A stretch of 64,000 nucleotides of DNA. Origin: Candidatus Nomurabacteria bacterium (GTDB lineage: Bacteria; Patescibacteriota; Patescibacteriia; HK-STAS-PATE-3). A program made the position numbers and the translations under genes. Position 1 is the stretch's first letter; the number at the start of each line of letters is the position of its first letter. The notes under the pieces are model-generated. The model saw only the letters and a list, made by a program, of their open reading frames with translations, ran no database searches and was not told the DNA's origin. The stretch spans positions 640,001-704,000 of the forward strand of contig CP060223.1 in NCBI GenBank assembly GCA_023898465.1, written 5' to 3'. Below are positions 50,222 through 61,645 of the stretch, one piece after another.

Positions 50222-51628
50222 TTAGGAGTCAGATTTGGGTAAATACTTCTCAATATATTCTTCTTTCACACGCTTCAGTTCAGACTTCGGCAAGATGGAG
50301 AAGAGTTCCCAACCGAGATTCAAGGTCGTGAGAATATCGCGATCCTCATACTCACCTTGGTTGATGTAGCGTGACTCAAACTGCGTGGCAAATTCCACGT
50401 ACTTCTTATCAACGTCGGACAGAGCAGCTTCACCGAGGATAGCGGCTAATTCCTTTGCCTCAGTGCCACGAGCGTAGGCAGCATAGAGCTGGTTAAAGAC
50501 TCCGGAGTGATCCTCACGAGTCTTCTCTTCTCCGATACCCTTCGGCATCAGACGAGAGAGACATGGCAGCACATCAACTGGAGGACGAATACCGCGCTTG
50601 TGCAAGCCGCGGCTTAACATGATTTGTCCTTCGGTAATGTAGCCGGTCAAGTCAGGAATTGGATGTGTCTTATCATCTTCCGGCATGGTAAGAATCGGGA
50701 TCTGGGTAATTGAACCCTTCTTACCCTTGATCATACCAGCGCGCTCGTACAGGGTAGCTAAGTCAGTGTAGAGGTAACCTGGGTAGCCACGGCGACCTGG
50801 GACTTCTTTACGAGCTGCCGCAACTTCACGCAAGGCTTCACAGTAGTTAGTCATGTCGGTCAGGATAACCAAGACGTGCATGTCCTTTTCAAAAGCCAGA
50901 TACTCGGCAGTGGTCAGAGCCAAGCGAGGTAGAGTGATACGTTCAACCACCGGGTCATTTGCCTGGTTCAAGAAGAGTACCGCGCGGCTGATAGCACCGG
51001 TCTTGCGGAATTCATTTACGAAGTATTCTGCTTCTTCAAAGGTGATACCCATAGCGCCAAAGACTACAGCGAATTGGGAATCCTCTGCTTCCACTTTACC
51101 CTGCGGGGAAACGCGAACCACTTTTGCCTGACGAGCGATTTGGGCGGCCATGGCATTGTGTGGCAAACCAGCGCCGGAGAAAATCGGTAGCTTTTGTCCA
51201 CGCACTAAAGTATTCAATCCATCAATCGTGGAAATACCGGTTTGGATAAAGTCATTTGGGAAGTTACGGGAGTATGGGTTAATCGGATTACCGTTCACGT
51301 TCAAACGTGCTTCGGCAATGATTTCGGCTCCACCGTCTTTTGGCTTACCTGAGCCGTCAAAGACGCGACCAAGCATGTCGGTGGAAACTGGCAATTCCAT
51401 AACGCGGCCGAGGAAGCGGGCGGAAGCATCCTGCACGCTAATACCGCGAGTGTCTTCAAACATCTGTACCACTGCCCGATCATTGTCGATTTCGAGCACG
51501 CGGCCGCGGCGAATCTTGCCATCAGGCAATTTCACATCGACCAGCTCTTCGTATTTGACGCCTTCCACTCCCTCAACAATGAGGAGAGGACCAGCGACTT
51601 CACGTAGTGTCTTGTATTCTCGTTCCAT
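50222..51628 (-). CDS. ntpB: A/V-type ATPase subunit B.
   Basis: Non-catalytic nucleotide-binding subunit motifs. Confidence 0.9.
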   Translation of the reverse strand: MEREYKTLREVAGPLLIVEGVEGVKYEELVDVKLPDGKIRRGRVLEIDNDRAVVQMFEDTRGISVQDASARFLGRVMELPVSTDMLGRVFDGSGKPKDGGAEIIAEARLNVNGNPINPYSRNFPNDFIQTGISTIDGLNTLVRGQKLPIFSGAGLPHNAMAAQIARQAKVVRVSPQGKVEAEDSQFAVVFGAMGITFEEAEYFVNEFRKTGAISRAVLFLNQANDPVVERITLPRLALTTAEYLAFEKDMHVLVILTDMTNYCEALREVAAARKEVPGRRGYPGYLYTDLATLYERAGMIKGKKGSITQIPILTMPEDDKTHPIPDLTGYITEGQIMLSRGLHKRGIRPPVDVLPCLSRLMPKGIGEEKTREDHSGVFNQLYAAYARGTEAKELAAILGEAALSDVDKKYVEFATQFESRYINQGEYEDRDILTTLNLGWELFSILPKSELKRVKEEYIEKYLPKSDS

Positions 51629-51639
51629 ATGCGTGCTCC

Positions 51640-53385
51640 TTAGTTAGCGGCAGCTACGGCGGACGGAATCTCCGTCACCAGCTGCTCCAGCTCCTTAATC
51701 TTCTCTGTCGGCACTTCTTTCATGCGGCCGATGCGCTCTTTGATTGGCAGGTTGACCATCTGCTTCAAGTTCACTCCCCGCTCCAGCGCCTCTTGGGCGG
51801 CGTGGTGGAAGGCCAGGATACCCTTTAACATGTAGTATTGCTTCTGCAGACTGGTGTAGGTATCAACGTCATCGAAGGCGTTTTGCATCAGGAAGTCTTC
51901 GCGTAATGCTCGAGCGGTTTCTAATACTAATTGCTCCTTAGCCGACAAAGCGTCCTGTCCGACCAAGCGAACGATTTCTTCTAGCTCAGACTCTTGCTGC
52001 AGTAAGCGCATAGCTTCACCGCGCAATTCGCCGAAATCACTGCCGGTTTCTTTGCTGAAGAAGCTTTGTAAATCATCTGAGTAGAGTGAGTAGCTGGTTA
52101 ACCAGTTAATTGATGGGAAGTGACGGCGATAGGCCAGCTTCGCTTCGAGTGACCAGAACACTTTTGTCACACGTAAGGTGTTTTGCGTTACTGGCTCAGA
52201 CAAGTCACCGCCAGGAGGAGAAACAGCTCCTACCACAGTGAGTGAACCTTGGCGACCTTCGCTACCGAGTGTTTCCACGATTCCAGCTCGCTCATAAAAG
52301 GCGGCGGTACGGGAACCAAGATAGGCTGGGTAACCTTCTTCACCTGGCATTTCTTCCAGACGACCAGAAATTTCACGCATAGCCTCGGCCCAGCGGGAAG
52401 TTGAGTCAGCCATCAAGGCAACGCTGTAACCCATGTCACGGAAATATTCCGCAATAGTGATACCGGTATACACCGATGCTTCACGAGCTGCCACCGGCAT
52501 ATTGGAGGTGTTGGCAATCAACACTGTGCGTTCCATCAAAGGCTTACCAGTCTTAGGATCTTTTAACTCAGGGAATTCCAGCAACACGTCAGTCATTTCA
52601 TTGCCGCGCTCACCGCAGCCGATGAAGATAACAATGTCCGCATCAGCCCACTTCGCCAGCTGGTGCTGAATCACGGTCTTACCAGCGCCGAAAGGACCAG
52701 GGATACACGCGGCACCGCCCTTCGCAACTGGGAAGAAGGTATCAATAATGCGCTGTCCGGTAATCAGAGGACGCATTGGAGGTAATTTTTGCTTGACCGG
52801 TCGTGGATCGCGAATTGGCCAGCGCTGCAACATGGTGATTTCTTCTTTATCAACCACTGCTACAACTTCGGTAATGTTGTGTTCACCTGTCGCAATTTTT
52901 TTCACAGTACCTTCTTGAATATGTGGAGGTACGAGAATTTTGTGGGTGATCAGGCTGGTTTCTTGCACCTCACCCAGGACATCACCAGCGTGCACGACAT
53001 CACCCTCTTTTACCTTTGGCTGAAAATCCCACTTCTTTTCTTCATCAAGTGGAGCTACATCCAAACCGCGACCGATGAAAGCGCCTGAGCGCTCTTCCAG
53101 CTTCACGAGCGGTCGCTGAATACCATCATAGAACGAGGTCAGCAAACCCGGACCCAGAGTCACGGCCAGAGGGAGCTCAGTGCGGTACACTGGCTCGCCT
53201 GGTCCTAAACCTCCGGTGTCTTCATACACCTGGATATAGGCTTGATCGCCGTCCAGACGGATGATTTCTCCGACCAATTTCTGTTCGGATACTTTCACCA
53301 CTTCATACATTTTCGCTCCTTGCATGCCTTTCGCAACCACGAGAGGGCCGGAGACTTTGGTGATAATTCCTGTGTGTTCTTTCAT
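51640..53385 (-). CDS. ntpA: A/V-type ATPase catalytic subunit A.
   Basis: P-loop GPFGAGKT. At 581 aa there is no intein. Confidence 0.9.
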   Translation of the reverse strand: MKEHTGIITKVSGPLVVAKGMQGAKMYEVVKVSEQKLVGEIIRLDGDQAYIQVYEDTGGLGPGEPVYRTELPLAVTLGPGLLTSFYDGIQRPLVKLEERSGAFIGRGLDVAPLDEEKKWDFQPKVKEGDVVHAGDVLGEVQETSLITHKILVPPHIQEGTVKKIATGEHNITEVVAVVDKEEITMLQRWPIRDPRPVKQKLPPMRPLITGQRIIDTFFPVAKGGAACIPGPFGAGKTVIQHQLAKWADADIVIFIGCGERGNEMTDVLLEFPELKDPKTGKPLMERTVLIANTSNMPVAAREASVYTGITIAEYFRDMGYSVALMADSTSRWAEAMREISGRLEEMPGEEGYPAYLGSRTAAFYERAGIVETLGSEGRQGSLTVVGAVSPPGGDLSEPVTQNTLRVTKVFWSLEAKLAYRRHFPSINWLTSYSLYSDDLQSFFSKETGSDFGELRGEAMRLLQQESELEEIVRLVGQDALSAKEQLVLETARALREDFLMQNAFDDVDTYTSLQKQYYMLKGILAFHHAAQEALERGVNLKQMVNLPIKERIGRMKEVPTEKIKELEQLVTEIPSAVAAAN

Positions 53386-53450
53386 ATAATTCTCAAGTAT
53401 TCAAGTTGCAAATATCAAGCTACAAATTACTACTTGTCATTTGATACTTG

Positions 53451-53777
53451 CTACTTGTCGTTTTTAAAAAGTATATCGCTACCTACTGCGCGCTCGACAA
53501 TACGACGCAGCTCTCGATCCCCCGCTCCAGTCGAACCAGTTGGCCCAGGGACCACGGTGACTGCTGGCAAAGCTCGAGTACGTAATTCATCTAACTCTGG
53601 ACGCAATTGATCAGCCCAATCCTCGGTGATGAGGAGGATGGCGCATTCTGAAGCAGCGATTTGCTGCAGCACCTCACGACCTTGCTCAGCTGTGGCTACT
53701 GGCCAAGCCCGCACGCCTAGCGCTTTGAAGCCGCCGATGGCATTTGGTGAACCAAGAATAGCGATTGGATGATCCAT
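53451..53777 (-). CDS. A/V-type ATPase subunit F. The start is taken at MDHPIAILG.
   Basis: Subunit F family pattern. The ORF-track start overlaps subunit C. Confidence 0.7.
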   Translation of the reverse strand: MDHPIAILGSPNAIGGFKALGVRAWPVATAEQGREVLQQIAASECAILLITEDWADQLRPELDELRTRALPAVTVVPGPTGSTGAGDRELRRIVERAVGSDILFKNDK

Positions 53778-53778
53778 G

Positions 53779-54774
53779 TTAGTAGAGCTCCCGGATGTAA
53801 GGTTTAATAGCGTCGCCTGGCAAACCATTTAACTTGCCTGACATGATTAAACGCACGTTACGAATAGCATTCTTCTTTGCGTAATAATATGCCAAAGGTA
53901 ATTCAGGACCGTAATCAATGAATTGAGCTTCCCGCACATGTGCCAGCTCAGCATTCTCCAGATCACGCTCTAATGTTTCCAGTGAATCAGTTTCGCGGAA
54001 TCGTTCCAGAGCCGGCTGCAGAGATGAGGGCACCAGCGTGGTTAAGCGCTGCAAGGCTTCTTCATTACTTAAGCCCAAGAGTGACTCGTAGTCATCCAAG
54101 GTGACGTTTCCATTCATTAACACTTCCGCGAGGAGGTAACGATCATCGAGCTGGAAGCGACGTCCTCGAATCCAGGTTTTCAGATTAGCCATGTCAATCT
54201 GTAGCACCACTAAATCCATAATCCACTGACTATCGATTTCCTGGGCGATCTGAACGCGTTCAGCAAAGTATTGTCGATCTAGCCAGCGATCAATATAGGC
54301 TGACTGCACTTCCACTGTAGCGGCTTTTTCCTCAACCAGATCAATCCCCCGCTGGATATAGTCAGGCAATTCATGCTGAGCTTCCTGCATCAGGTTTTCT
54401 TGCAAAGTAGCAAATGGGACGGTACTGAGCGGTGAGGCCCAGGCAGTCGCGTCCTGATGAAAGTACTTCTGCTTCATCAACAACTTCAAGTTGTGATAGT
54501 CATGGCGCATAAAGACAAGCGCCACGAGCTTCTCATCAGGACACATTTCAATAATGCGCTCTTTTGCTTGCAATAAATCTGCTTCGAGTGACTGATTAAA
54601 CTCAGCCGGTGCGATATCGCCTACGTTGTCGAAGTAATCGGTGTCATGAAACACGCGAAAAGCTGACTCCATATCTGGAGCATCAACCATGCGTTCCACA
54701 TCGGTCGGATTCAAAAGATTCGACTCAAGGTGTCGTACAACTCCGGCTGCGTAGAGATAATCGTCTCGGCTCAT
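53779..54774 (-). CDS. A/V-type ATPase subunit C (d).
   Basis: Size and helical repeats of the C/d subunit. Position in the operon. Confidence 0.7.
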   Translation of the reverse strand: MSRDDYLYAAGVVRHLESNLLNPTDVERMVDAPDMESAFRVFHDTDYFDNVGDIAPAEFNQSLEADLLQAKERIIEMCPDEKLVALVFMRHDYHNLKLLMKQKYFHQDATAWASPLSTVPFATLQENLMQEAQHELPDYIQRGIDLVEEKAATVEVQSAYIDRWLDRQYFAERVQIAQEIDSQWIMDLVVLQIDMANLKTWIRGRRFQLDDRYLLAEVLMNGNVTLDDYESLLGLSNEEALQRLTTLVPSSLQPALERFRETDSLETLERDLENAELAHVREAQFIDYGPELPLAYYYAKKNAIRNVRLIMSGKLNGLPGDAIKPYIRELY

Positions 54775-54777
54775 AGT

Positions 54778-55341
54778 TTAGACAAAAAGTTGGGCAGCTA
54801 CCGCCGCTTCAGTTTGCGTGCGGATGTTAGCTAAGAGTGTGGCAAAGCGACAATCGACTTCAATCGCTTCTGAGCGCCAGATAAATCCACCTTCGGCGTC
54901 AACTGACTCTTTGGCTATGGTCCAGTCGCGCTTGAGGCCATGGAGCGCCTTCTTGGTCTGCGCTTCTTTACCCTTGGCTGGGATTATCTCCCCTTTTTCA
55001 TTAGGTAGCTGGGTAAAGAGTTGCTGCAAGAATGCTTCGTAGTCGGCGTCACTTAATTGGCTAAGCTTTTGCAAAGCCTTTTCGTACACCGAAGCTAAAA
55101 CGCGACGCTTCTCAGTTAACACTGATTGACGCAAACGCGATTCAGCGGCGAATCGCTCCATATCACTTTCCTGACGCACAGCCCGATCGGCCTGAGTCAA
55201 CGCTTGGTCACGGGCTTTACTCATACGCCCTTCCCACTCGCTGAGCAGAGCATCGCGCTCTTTGGCATGAGCAGCCTGAATTTGCGCGAGCTCTTTGTCG
55301 GCTTCAGCCTGCACACTCTGGAGAAGTTGATTGAGTGCCAT
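54778..55341 (-). CDS. A/V-type ATPase subunit E (peripheral stalk).
   Basis: Long N-terminal coiled coil plus a globular C-terminus. Position in the operon. Confidence 0.65.
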   Translation of the reverse strand: MALNQLLQSVQAEADKELAQIQAAHAKERDALLSEWEGRMSKARDQALTQADRAVRQESDMERFAAESRLRQSVLTEKRRVLASVYEKALQKLSQLSDADYEAFLQQLFTQLPNEKGEIIPAKGKEAQTKKALHGLKRDWTIAKESVDAEGGFIWRSEAIEVDCRFATLLANIRTQTEAAVAAQLFV

Positions 55342-55347
55342 GGATGC

Positions 55348-55815
55348 TTAGACGGTGATGCCGTTTAAGAGCAAAATGGTAGCGAGCAATCCAAGTACGG
55401 CGTAGGTTTCTACTACCGCAGCGAAGATAATACCCTTACCGGATTCTGACGGTTTCTTTGCCACGATACCGACGCCAGCCGCAGCTACTCGACCCTGGTA
55501 CAAACCAGAGAGTAAGCCGGTGAAGGCAATTGGTAAACAAGCAAAGAAGATTTCCCAACCGGTGTTGACGGAAATCGTTGCTACTTCTCCGCCGAGTAAA
55601 CCGATTTTCTGCAGCGCCATGATAGCACCGAGGAATCCGTAAATACCCTGCGTACCAGGAAGCGCTTGGAGCAAAAGTACGCGTCCAAACTTTTCCGGGT
55701 CAACTGATACGAGGCCAGAGGCAGCTCGACCCACTGTGGCAGTACCGAGAATCGAACCGATTCCGGCGAGGCTGACCGCAGTGATGGCTCCAGCAATTGC
55801 GAATGCGAGTCCCAT
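55348..55815 (-). CDS. A/V-type ATPase proteolipid subunit K (c).
   Basis: Four-TM proteolipid with Gly-rich helices. Confidence 0.8.
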   Translation of the reverse strand: MGLAFAIAGAITAVSLAGIGSILGTATVGRAASGLVSVDPEKFGRVLLLQALPGTQGIYGFLGAIMALQKIGLLGGEVATISVNTGWEIFFACLPIAFTGLLSGLYQGRVAAAGVGIVAKKPSESGKGIIFAAVVETYAVLGLLATILLLNGITV

Positions 55816-55831
55816 ATGGTTCTCCTGTTAA

Positions 55832-57871
55832 TTATGCAGATGTCGACTTTGGACCAGAGGCGTCCTGATCGGCATCCATCTTGTTATGAATAAGATCTGA
55901 CTGAGTTAAGGTGTCCACATCAACGTACTTTGCCTGACGAGCAAAGGACTTAAAGCGACTACCGCCGCCTTCCATAAACTTCGGGAAAAATTCCACGTAT
56001 TGCAAACGGCCTGAGTGGATAAAAGAGCCGAGTGCGTTTATAGCAAGATTGAAAAGGTGTCCCCCAACCAAAATTCCGATAGCTACCACCCATCCGAAAA
56101 TCGGGATCATGTCTTTGAAAAGTAAGGCAACCATATTCACCACTACGGCAATGATGCCAGTGGAGAGTCCAAGTGCGAGCAAGCGAGAATATGACATGAC
56201 ATCAGAAAAATAACCGACAATGTTGTACAGACTGAGGATGCCCATTGGAATCTTCAGGAAAATATTTTTTTGGCGACGGCCCTGCGTCAAAACCAAAGTA
56301 GCAAGACCAGCGTACACCCAATACACACCAATTTGCCCTAAGATATCGCTCTGTATCGCCTGCCCGGCAACCAGCCAGAAAACTACACCGATTAAGAGGA
56401 AGAGCCAAGCGCCAGCATCAAAAGCTGCGTCCCAGGACTTCTGGCGAATTTGGTAATACAAATTAATACTCACACCAACAATTACCTGCACCACGCCAAT
56501 AGCGAGGGAGAAAACGAGTAGAGTGAGTGGATTGCTGACCGGATCGATAATCTTCAGGCTGAGTAAAAAGGATGTGATGGCATTCTTTGGTAGATCTTCC
56601 AAAACTAGTCCAAACCAACCACCAAAAGCTGCACCTACTACAAAGGTGGCAATACCAGCGTAGATAAGGAGTCGATAAAAGCCTTGCTTAGCTCGTGGCA
56701 ACTTAAAAAGTTTAATAGCGAGGAAAGAAAAACCAGCCAAAATAATGCCATAGCCGGCGTCTGACAAACACATGGCAAAATAGAAAATGAAAAACGGTGC
56801 CAGATAAGGTGTCGGGTCTAGTTCATTTGGCTTAGGTGCACCATAAATACTAGTAACTGATTCAAAAGGCTGCACTAAATTAGTATTTGTAAGCAGTACT
56901 GGAGGCTCTTCATCCTCTGCTAAAGCCAGCTCAAGGAGGGTAGCGCTCGTGCTCACCTTATGTAGAGCTTCTTCTAGCTCAACAAAACGAGAAGCTGGAA
57001 TGTATCCGCTCAACGCAAAGGTACGCTCTTGCGAAGCTGCGTTTAAAGAGGCGGCAACTTTATCACGTTGCCAAGTCAGGCCGTCAAAAATAATCTGTAG
57101 GTCGTGTACGTGCTGAGAAAGCTTTGTCGCTTCTGCTTGGGCAGTTTCCAATAAAGCAGCTAAGCGCAACATTTCCTTTTCTCGCTCAGTAATCGCCTCT
57201 TGGACAGTGCCCTGATGCTCAGGCAAGTTTACTTCTTGGAAATGATATTCCGTCAGCGCATTCTGCAACCAAGCCTCAGCTGAACGATGACTGACAATAT
57301 ATACCTTTACCTGCTTATCTGTACCAGGTAAGCGTTGTAGCTCAATTGCTTGATGCTCTTTGGTAATAGCTGCTTCAAGAAGCATGAGCTGCTCTTCAGT
57401 GAAAGTGCCGATGCGTACCTGTGCGCTCTCTAGTTTTTGATCTAAGCGCAGCGATAAATCTGACCAATGAGCGAGTAATAGCTGTTCTGCGCGCATCCGA
57501 TTGATATCAGACTGGTAGCTATTCATATCAGCTTCCAGTTTTTCTACCTGCTGGATGAAAGGCGCCAAATCAAATTCCTGCAATAACTTGGCCACTTCTT
57601 CATGTGAAACCGTAATTCCCTGGCTACCCATCGCAGCCAAACGCTCTCGAAAGCTCTGTTTTTGCTTCGGGGTATAGCGAGCAAGGAAATCCAAAGCAAA
57701 CTTTACACCAGCCAAGCGATACTCAATCTGGGATAATGCTTCATTTTGTTCCTCAGCTCCATCCATATGGATAAGCTGCATTTGGCCAAAATCATAGAGC
57801 AGTTCGAGCATTTTCTGCCGATCTGCCTGGAGACCGAGGACAAGGATTTTCTTTACCGGAGCTACTGCCAT
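55832..57871 (-). CDS. A/V-type ATPase subunit I (a).
   Basis: N-terminal soluble coiled-coil domain and a C-terminal seven-to-eight-TM domain. Confidence 0.85.
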   Translation of the reverse strand: MAVAPVKKILVLGLQADRQKMLELLYDFGQMQLIHMDGAEEQNEALSQIEYRLAGVKFALDFLARYTPKQKQSFRERLAAMGSQGITVSHEEVAKLLQEFDLAPFIQQVEKLEADMNSYQSDINRMRAEQLLLAHWSDLSLRLDQKLESAQVRIGTFTEEQLMLLEAAITKEHQAIELQRLPGTDKQVKVYIVSHRSAEAWLQNALTEYHFQEVNLPEHQGTVQEAITEREKEMLRLAALLETAQAEATKLSQHVHDLQIIFDGLTWQRDKVAASLNAASQERTFALSGYIPASRFVELEEALHKVSTSATLLELALAEDEEPPVLLTNTNLVQPFESVTSIYGAPKPNELDPTPYLAPFFIFYFAMCLSDAGYGIILAGFSFLAIKLFKLPRAKQGFYRLLIYAGIATFVVGAAFGGWFGLVLEDLPKNAITSFLLSLKIIDPVSNPLTLLVFSLAIGVVQVIVGVSINLYYQIRQKSWDAAFDAGAWLFLLIGVVFWLVAGQAIQSDILGQIGVYWVYAGLATLVLTQGRRQKNIFLKIPMGILSLYNIVGYFSDVMSYSRLLALGLSTGIIAVVVNMVALLFKDMIPIFGWVVAIGILVGGHLFNLAINALGSFIHSGRLQYVEFFPKFMEGGGSRFKSFARQAKYVDVDTLTQSDLIHNKMDADQDASGPKSTSA

Positions 57872-58201
57872 TTATGCGTTCTCCGTCCCCTCTTGTAATA
57901 GCTCTTTGATCACTGTATCGGCAGCACTTTCCATGCGCGCACCATCAATAGACTGCAAGGCGGCAATCCGATCAGCATAGGTTTTTTCTAAATCAGCAAT
58001 GACTTTCTTAGTCTCAGCTTGGATTTTGGCCTTTGTTTCCTCTACTTCTGGGGCTATTTCGGCCTGAATCTTACTCAAACGCTCTTCTTGCTGTTGTTGA
58101 ATCTGGCTTAATTCCTGCTGAGCTTTCGATTTTGCCTGGGCAATCTTGCTATCTAGCTCTTCTTCCAGGGCTTTGATCTGTTGAAGTGGATCCTGCGACA
58201 T
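57872..58201 (-). CDS. A/V-type ATPase stator stalk subunit (G/H-like).
   Basis: 109-aa Gln/Glu/Lys-rich coiled coil. It is the first gene of the operon. Confidence 0.6.
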   Translation of the reverse strand: MSQDPLQQIKALEEELDSKIAQAKSKAQQELSQIQQQQEERLSKIQAEIAPEVEETKAKIQAETKKVIADLEKTYADRIAALQSIDGARMESAADTVIKELLQEGTENA

Positions 58202-58502
58202 GGTTTTTTCCTAAATTTCGCCAAAAAATGAAAAAATCTCTATTTGAAACGCGTATAGGATACAGATTTCCTGAAAAACCGTCAACGGTGCCAAAAAAAT
58301 ACCCCTCTTGACTTTTCAACCAATTTCCCCATGCCCTGTAAATTGGAAATTTTACCCATGCTTTGCTCTTGCCGAAATAAAAAATCTGTGGCCCAATGTA
58401 AGAAGAAATACCAAACACTAAACGCTAAATCCTAAATATCCTGTATATTTATATATGTCATTATTTAGTATTTAGCTATTCAAATTTAGAACTTACTTCA
58501 CT

Positions 58503-59501
58503 ATGGAAATCCTTATCCTCGTTATCCTTGGCCTCCTCGTTATTACCGTTATTGCTGGAATTGCCCTTTTTACCCAGAGAATGCGGCAATTTGCCCAACC
58601 AAAAGATGAGCAATCCATGGCCATGCTGCATCAGTCTATCCAGGGCATGCAGAATCGTTTAGATGCACAAATCGGTGAAAGTACTCGGATTATCCAAAAT
58701 GTAACTGAGCGCCTGACACGTTTGGATGAAACAAATAAGCAGGTTATGGGCTTTGCGGACCAGCTCCAGCAACTGCAGGATATCCTAAAAAATCCGAAGC
58801 AACGCGGCGTCCTGGGTGAGTATTACCTCGAAACGGTATTGAAGAATGTGCTGCCACCTTCGGCTTTTAAACTGCAGTATGGATTTAAAAATGGTGAAAT
58901 TGTTGATGCTGCCGTGTTTGTGCAGGACAAAATCATTCCGATTGATGCGAAATTCTCGCTAGAAAATTACAATCGCATCGCGCAAGAGTCTGACCCGAAT
59001 CGAAAAGCTGACTTAGAAAAGCAATTTAAGCAGGATTTGAAGCTACGAATCGATGAAACCTCTAAGTATATTCGACCAAGCGAGAATACAATGGACTTTG
59101 CTTTCATGTTTATTCCGTCTGAGGGCATTTACTATGACTTGTTGGTCAATTCAGTTGGAACAGTAAAAGTATCGGCCCGCGATCTCATTGAATACGCTTT
59201 TAAAGAAAAGCACGTTATCATCGTCTCCCCCACCTCCTTCTTTGCCTACCTACAAACAGTGCTGCAGGGTTTGCGCGCGTTGCAGATTGAGGAATCAGCA
59301 AAAGAGATTCGCAAAAATGTTGAAAAGCTCGGTCGTCATCTCATGAACTACGAGGAATACTTACGAAAACTAGGCGGACATCTCAACACCACAGTGAATG
59401 CGTATAAATCTGCGTATAGCGAATTCCAAAAGGTAGATAAGGATGTCATGAAGATTGCGCCGGAAGTAGAGGCGGAGAAGTTGGAACAGACAGAAGAGTA
59501 A
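58503..59501 (+). CDS. rmuC: DNA recombination protein RmuC.
   Basis: N-terminal TM helix, coiled coil and RmuC domain (FAFMFIPSEGIYYDLL). Confidence 0.8.
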   Translation: MEILILVILGLLVITVIAGIALFTQRMRQFAQPKDEQSMAMLHQSIQGMQNRLDAQIGESTRIIQNVTERLTRLDETNKQVMGFADQLQQLQDILKNPKQRGVLGEYYLETVLKNVLPPSAFKLQYGFKNGEIVDAAVFVQDKIIPIDAKFSLENYNRIAQESDPNRKADLEKQFKQDLKLRIDETSKYIRPSENTMDFAFMFIPSEGIYYDLLVNSVGTVKVSARDLIEYAFKEKHVIIVSPTSFFAYLQTVLQGLRALQIEESAKEIRKNVEKLGRHLMNYEEYLRKLGGHLNTTVNAYKSAYSEFQKVDKDVMKIAPEVEAEKLEQTEE

Positions 59502-59510
59502 AATATACAC

Positions 59511-59560
59511 AAAACCCCCATAGTGCACCTTGGGGGACCTTTGTGTTTGTGTTGTTTTTT
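59511..59560. terminator. Bidirectional terminator after rmuC.
   Basis: CCCCCA-10 nt-TGGGGG followed by a T-rich run. The reverse strand also shows a U tract. Confidence 0.5.
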
Positions 59561-59841
59561 GCGCGCGCTGACTTGTTAACGATCACTCCGGAGTGCGGAG
59601 TCTAACTCATGCAGCATATCGCGGAGACTCGAGAGTACGCCACCAGGATCATGACTTTGGTGCGCCGATTTTGACTGGCGCCGTTTTCCTGGATGAGAAC
59701 CTTCTGCCTCGTGCAATGTAGTGGAATCAGTCGAGAGAGAAATCGGTCGACTTTCCTCCTTTCCTTGCCTTTAAAGAACGAAATGTTCCGACACATGTAT
59801 CGGAACCATCACTAGTATAGCGTATTTTGACCTTCTCGTAA

Positions 59842-59876
59842 AGACAAAATGTATGAACTTGTCATACATTTTGTCT
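59842..59876. repeat. Perfect 15-bp inverted repeat (AGACAAAATGTATGA-acttg-TCATACATTTTGTCT).
   Basis: Located 25 nt downstream of the stop of the 59901-61598 gene. No flanking U tract. Confidence 0.6.
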
Positions 59877-59900
59877 AACTTAAATTATGCTTAAACGCTA

Positions 59901-61598
59901 CTAATGAAGCACGCCGCCCCATTCAACAACAGTAAATCCTTTCCTCTCTGGTGTGCGAATATGATATGACGAAACATTGATAGGCTCGTCTAACTCTTGG
60001 TAATCCATGAGAACACGAATTACCGTGTCGGGCTTCGGGGTAATATCAAGTGGAGCAAGTTGATTCATAACCGGATTACCCATAAAGGTTATAAAATAAT
60101 ACGGTGCAGATTGCATTTTTGGTTCCCAGAATTCTTGAAAATCTGCGGTCTCCTGCGAATTGAGCCCCAGCTTCGCTAGTGTGGTATTGAGAAAATCGTG
60201 CACACGATCCTTCTTAATTACCCAGCCTTGCTTTGGTGTCTCATATATACTTGTGCTACGACCTTCCCAGAACAAATATGGATATTGCTTACCTGATGCC
60301 AGCTCGGTCAAGTCTCCATTGGGCTGAGCAAATACCTTCCAACCATTGCCGTACTCAGGTACTGTCTTACTGAAACCTCCGCTTGGTGCAACCTTAACCT
60401 CTACCTCAGTACTCTGCTCAGGGTAAAGATAAATAACTGGCTTGCCACACTCTGCCAAGGGTTTATACAAATCATTTTGTCCTTTTAAGAGACGGTCAAA
60501 GGGATCCTTATAGAAAATGATCGGGCGCTGGGTAATAAACTCCGCATATGAGGTAACATATGATCCATCGGAATGATACCCTGCATACGTTTCATACAGG
60601 TCTTTCAGCATCTTACTCTCAGAGTCCTTAAAACCGTAAATGATATCACCCTTGCTACTAGTACCAATTTGTTCCAACTCACTCATACTGACATCATCAC
60701 TACTTACCACTTCGGCATAGTTTGTCGCACCGCAGCCTCCGTATCCAACGAAGGTATATTGTTGATAGTTTTTTTTGCCATCCGTCCAAGTTATGCTCGG
60801 CGTATTTTCACTACCAGCAAAATCTACTAAGAGTCGATAGGCACGCACTGTCCCGTCAGCTGCTTTCATATAAAACCCATTTCGTCCGTAAAATTTCAAG
60901 TCATTCGACTCAGCACTTGTATACACCGTGCCATACTTTGGGTCTTGATAAGCTGTTACTAAACCATCTTCAGAGAAAAAAGCATTCACATACGTATCAC
61001 GCTCAAATAGATATCGCGCATTCGCACTGCTAGTGAAAATGCTTGGATAATCAAGTGTCGGAACAATCGTCTCGGAATCTGTGCTGAACTTTGTATCATC
61101 AAGTTGCCAAGTACCATCATCAGAATAAAGCGACAAAAATACCAGCGAGTCATCACTTTGCTGCACAAAGCGAAAATAAAGAGGATAACGATATGGACCC
61201 TCGGGTCGAACAGAAAGGAGAAGCATATGACTTCCGGCATATTTTGTACCCTGCAACGCTGCTGTGCCGGTGTCATAGGACTCTACGTAGTTATTCACGA
61301 GACCTGAAACAAAAACAAGCGGCGTGTCTATCTCTTGCACAGTAGTTGGCACAACGGTTGGAGTATTTACAGGCAATTCATCAACAACCGTTTCATTTGT
61401 ATTACTCACACTCTCATTTACTGCGAGATTCGCATTCTCTAAAGTAGTAAAGTTCGTATTTGCTACAACGTTATTTGTATTGAGATTGGATTCTGGAGCT
61501 TCTTCTTGCGACTGGAAAAGCCAAAAGCCTAAGGCAACCCCAACGCATAAGGCGGCACAACCAATGAGTAGAGTGAGCCACAAACGAGTATTTTGCAT
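59901..61598 (-). CDS. Secreted or membrane-anchored 565-aa protein of unknown function with an Asn-rich linker.
   Basis: N-terminal signal anchor. The globular domain was not recognised. Confidence 0.5.
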   Translation of the reverse strand: MQNTRLWLTLLIGCAALCVGVALGFWLFQSQEEAPESNLNTNNVVANTNFTTLENANLAVNESVSNTNETVVDELPVNTPTVVPTTVQEIDTPLVFVSGLVNNYVESYDTGTAALQGTKYAGSHMLLLSVRPEGPYRYPLYFRFVQQSDDSLVFLSLYSDDGTWQLDDTKFSTDSETIVPTLDYPSIFTSSANARYLFERDTYVNAFFSEDGLVTAYQDPKYGTVYTSAESNDLKFYGRNGFYMKAADGTVRAYRLLVDFAGSENTPSITWTDGKKNYQQYTFVGYGGCGATNYAEVVSSDDVSMSELEQIGTSSKGDIIYGFKDSESKMLKDLYETYAGYHSDGSYVTSYAEFITQRPIIFYKDPFDRLLKGQNDLYKPLAECGKPVIYLYPEQSTEVEVKVAPSGGFSKTVPEYGNGWKVFAQPNGDLTELASGKQYPYLFWEGRSTSIYETPKQGWVIKKDRVHDFLNTTLAKLGLNSQETADFQEFWEPKMQSAPYYFITFMGNPVMNQLAPLDITPKPDTVIRVLMDYQELDEPINVSSYHIRTPERKGFTVVEWGGVLH

Positions 61599-61645
61599 AT
61601 TCGTATAATAAGAAATTAACTATCTAAATAAAGTATATCATTCTC

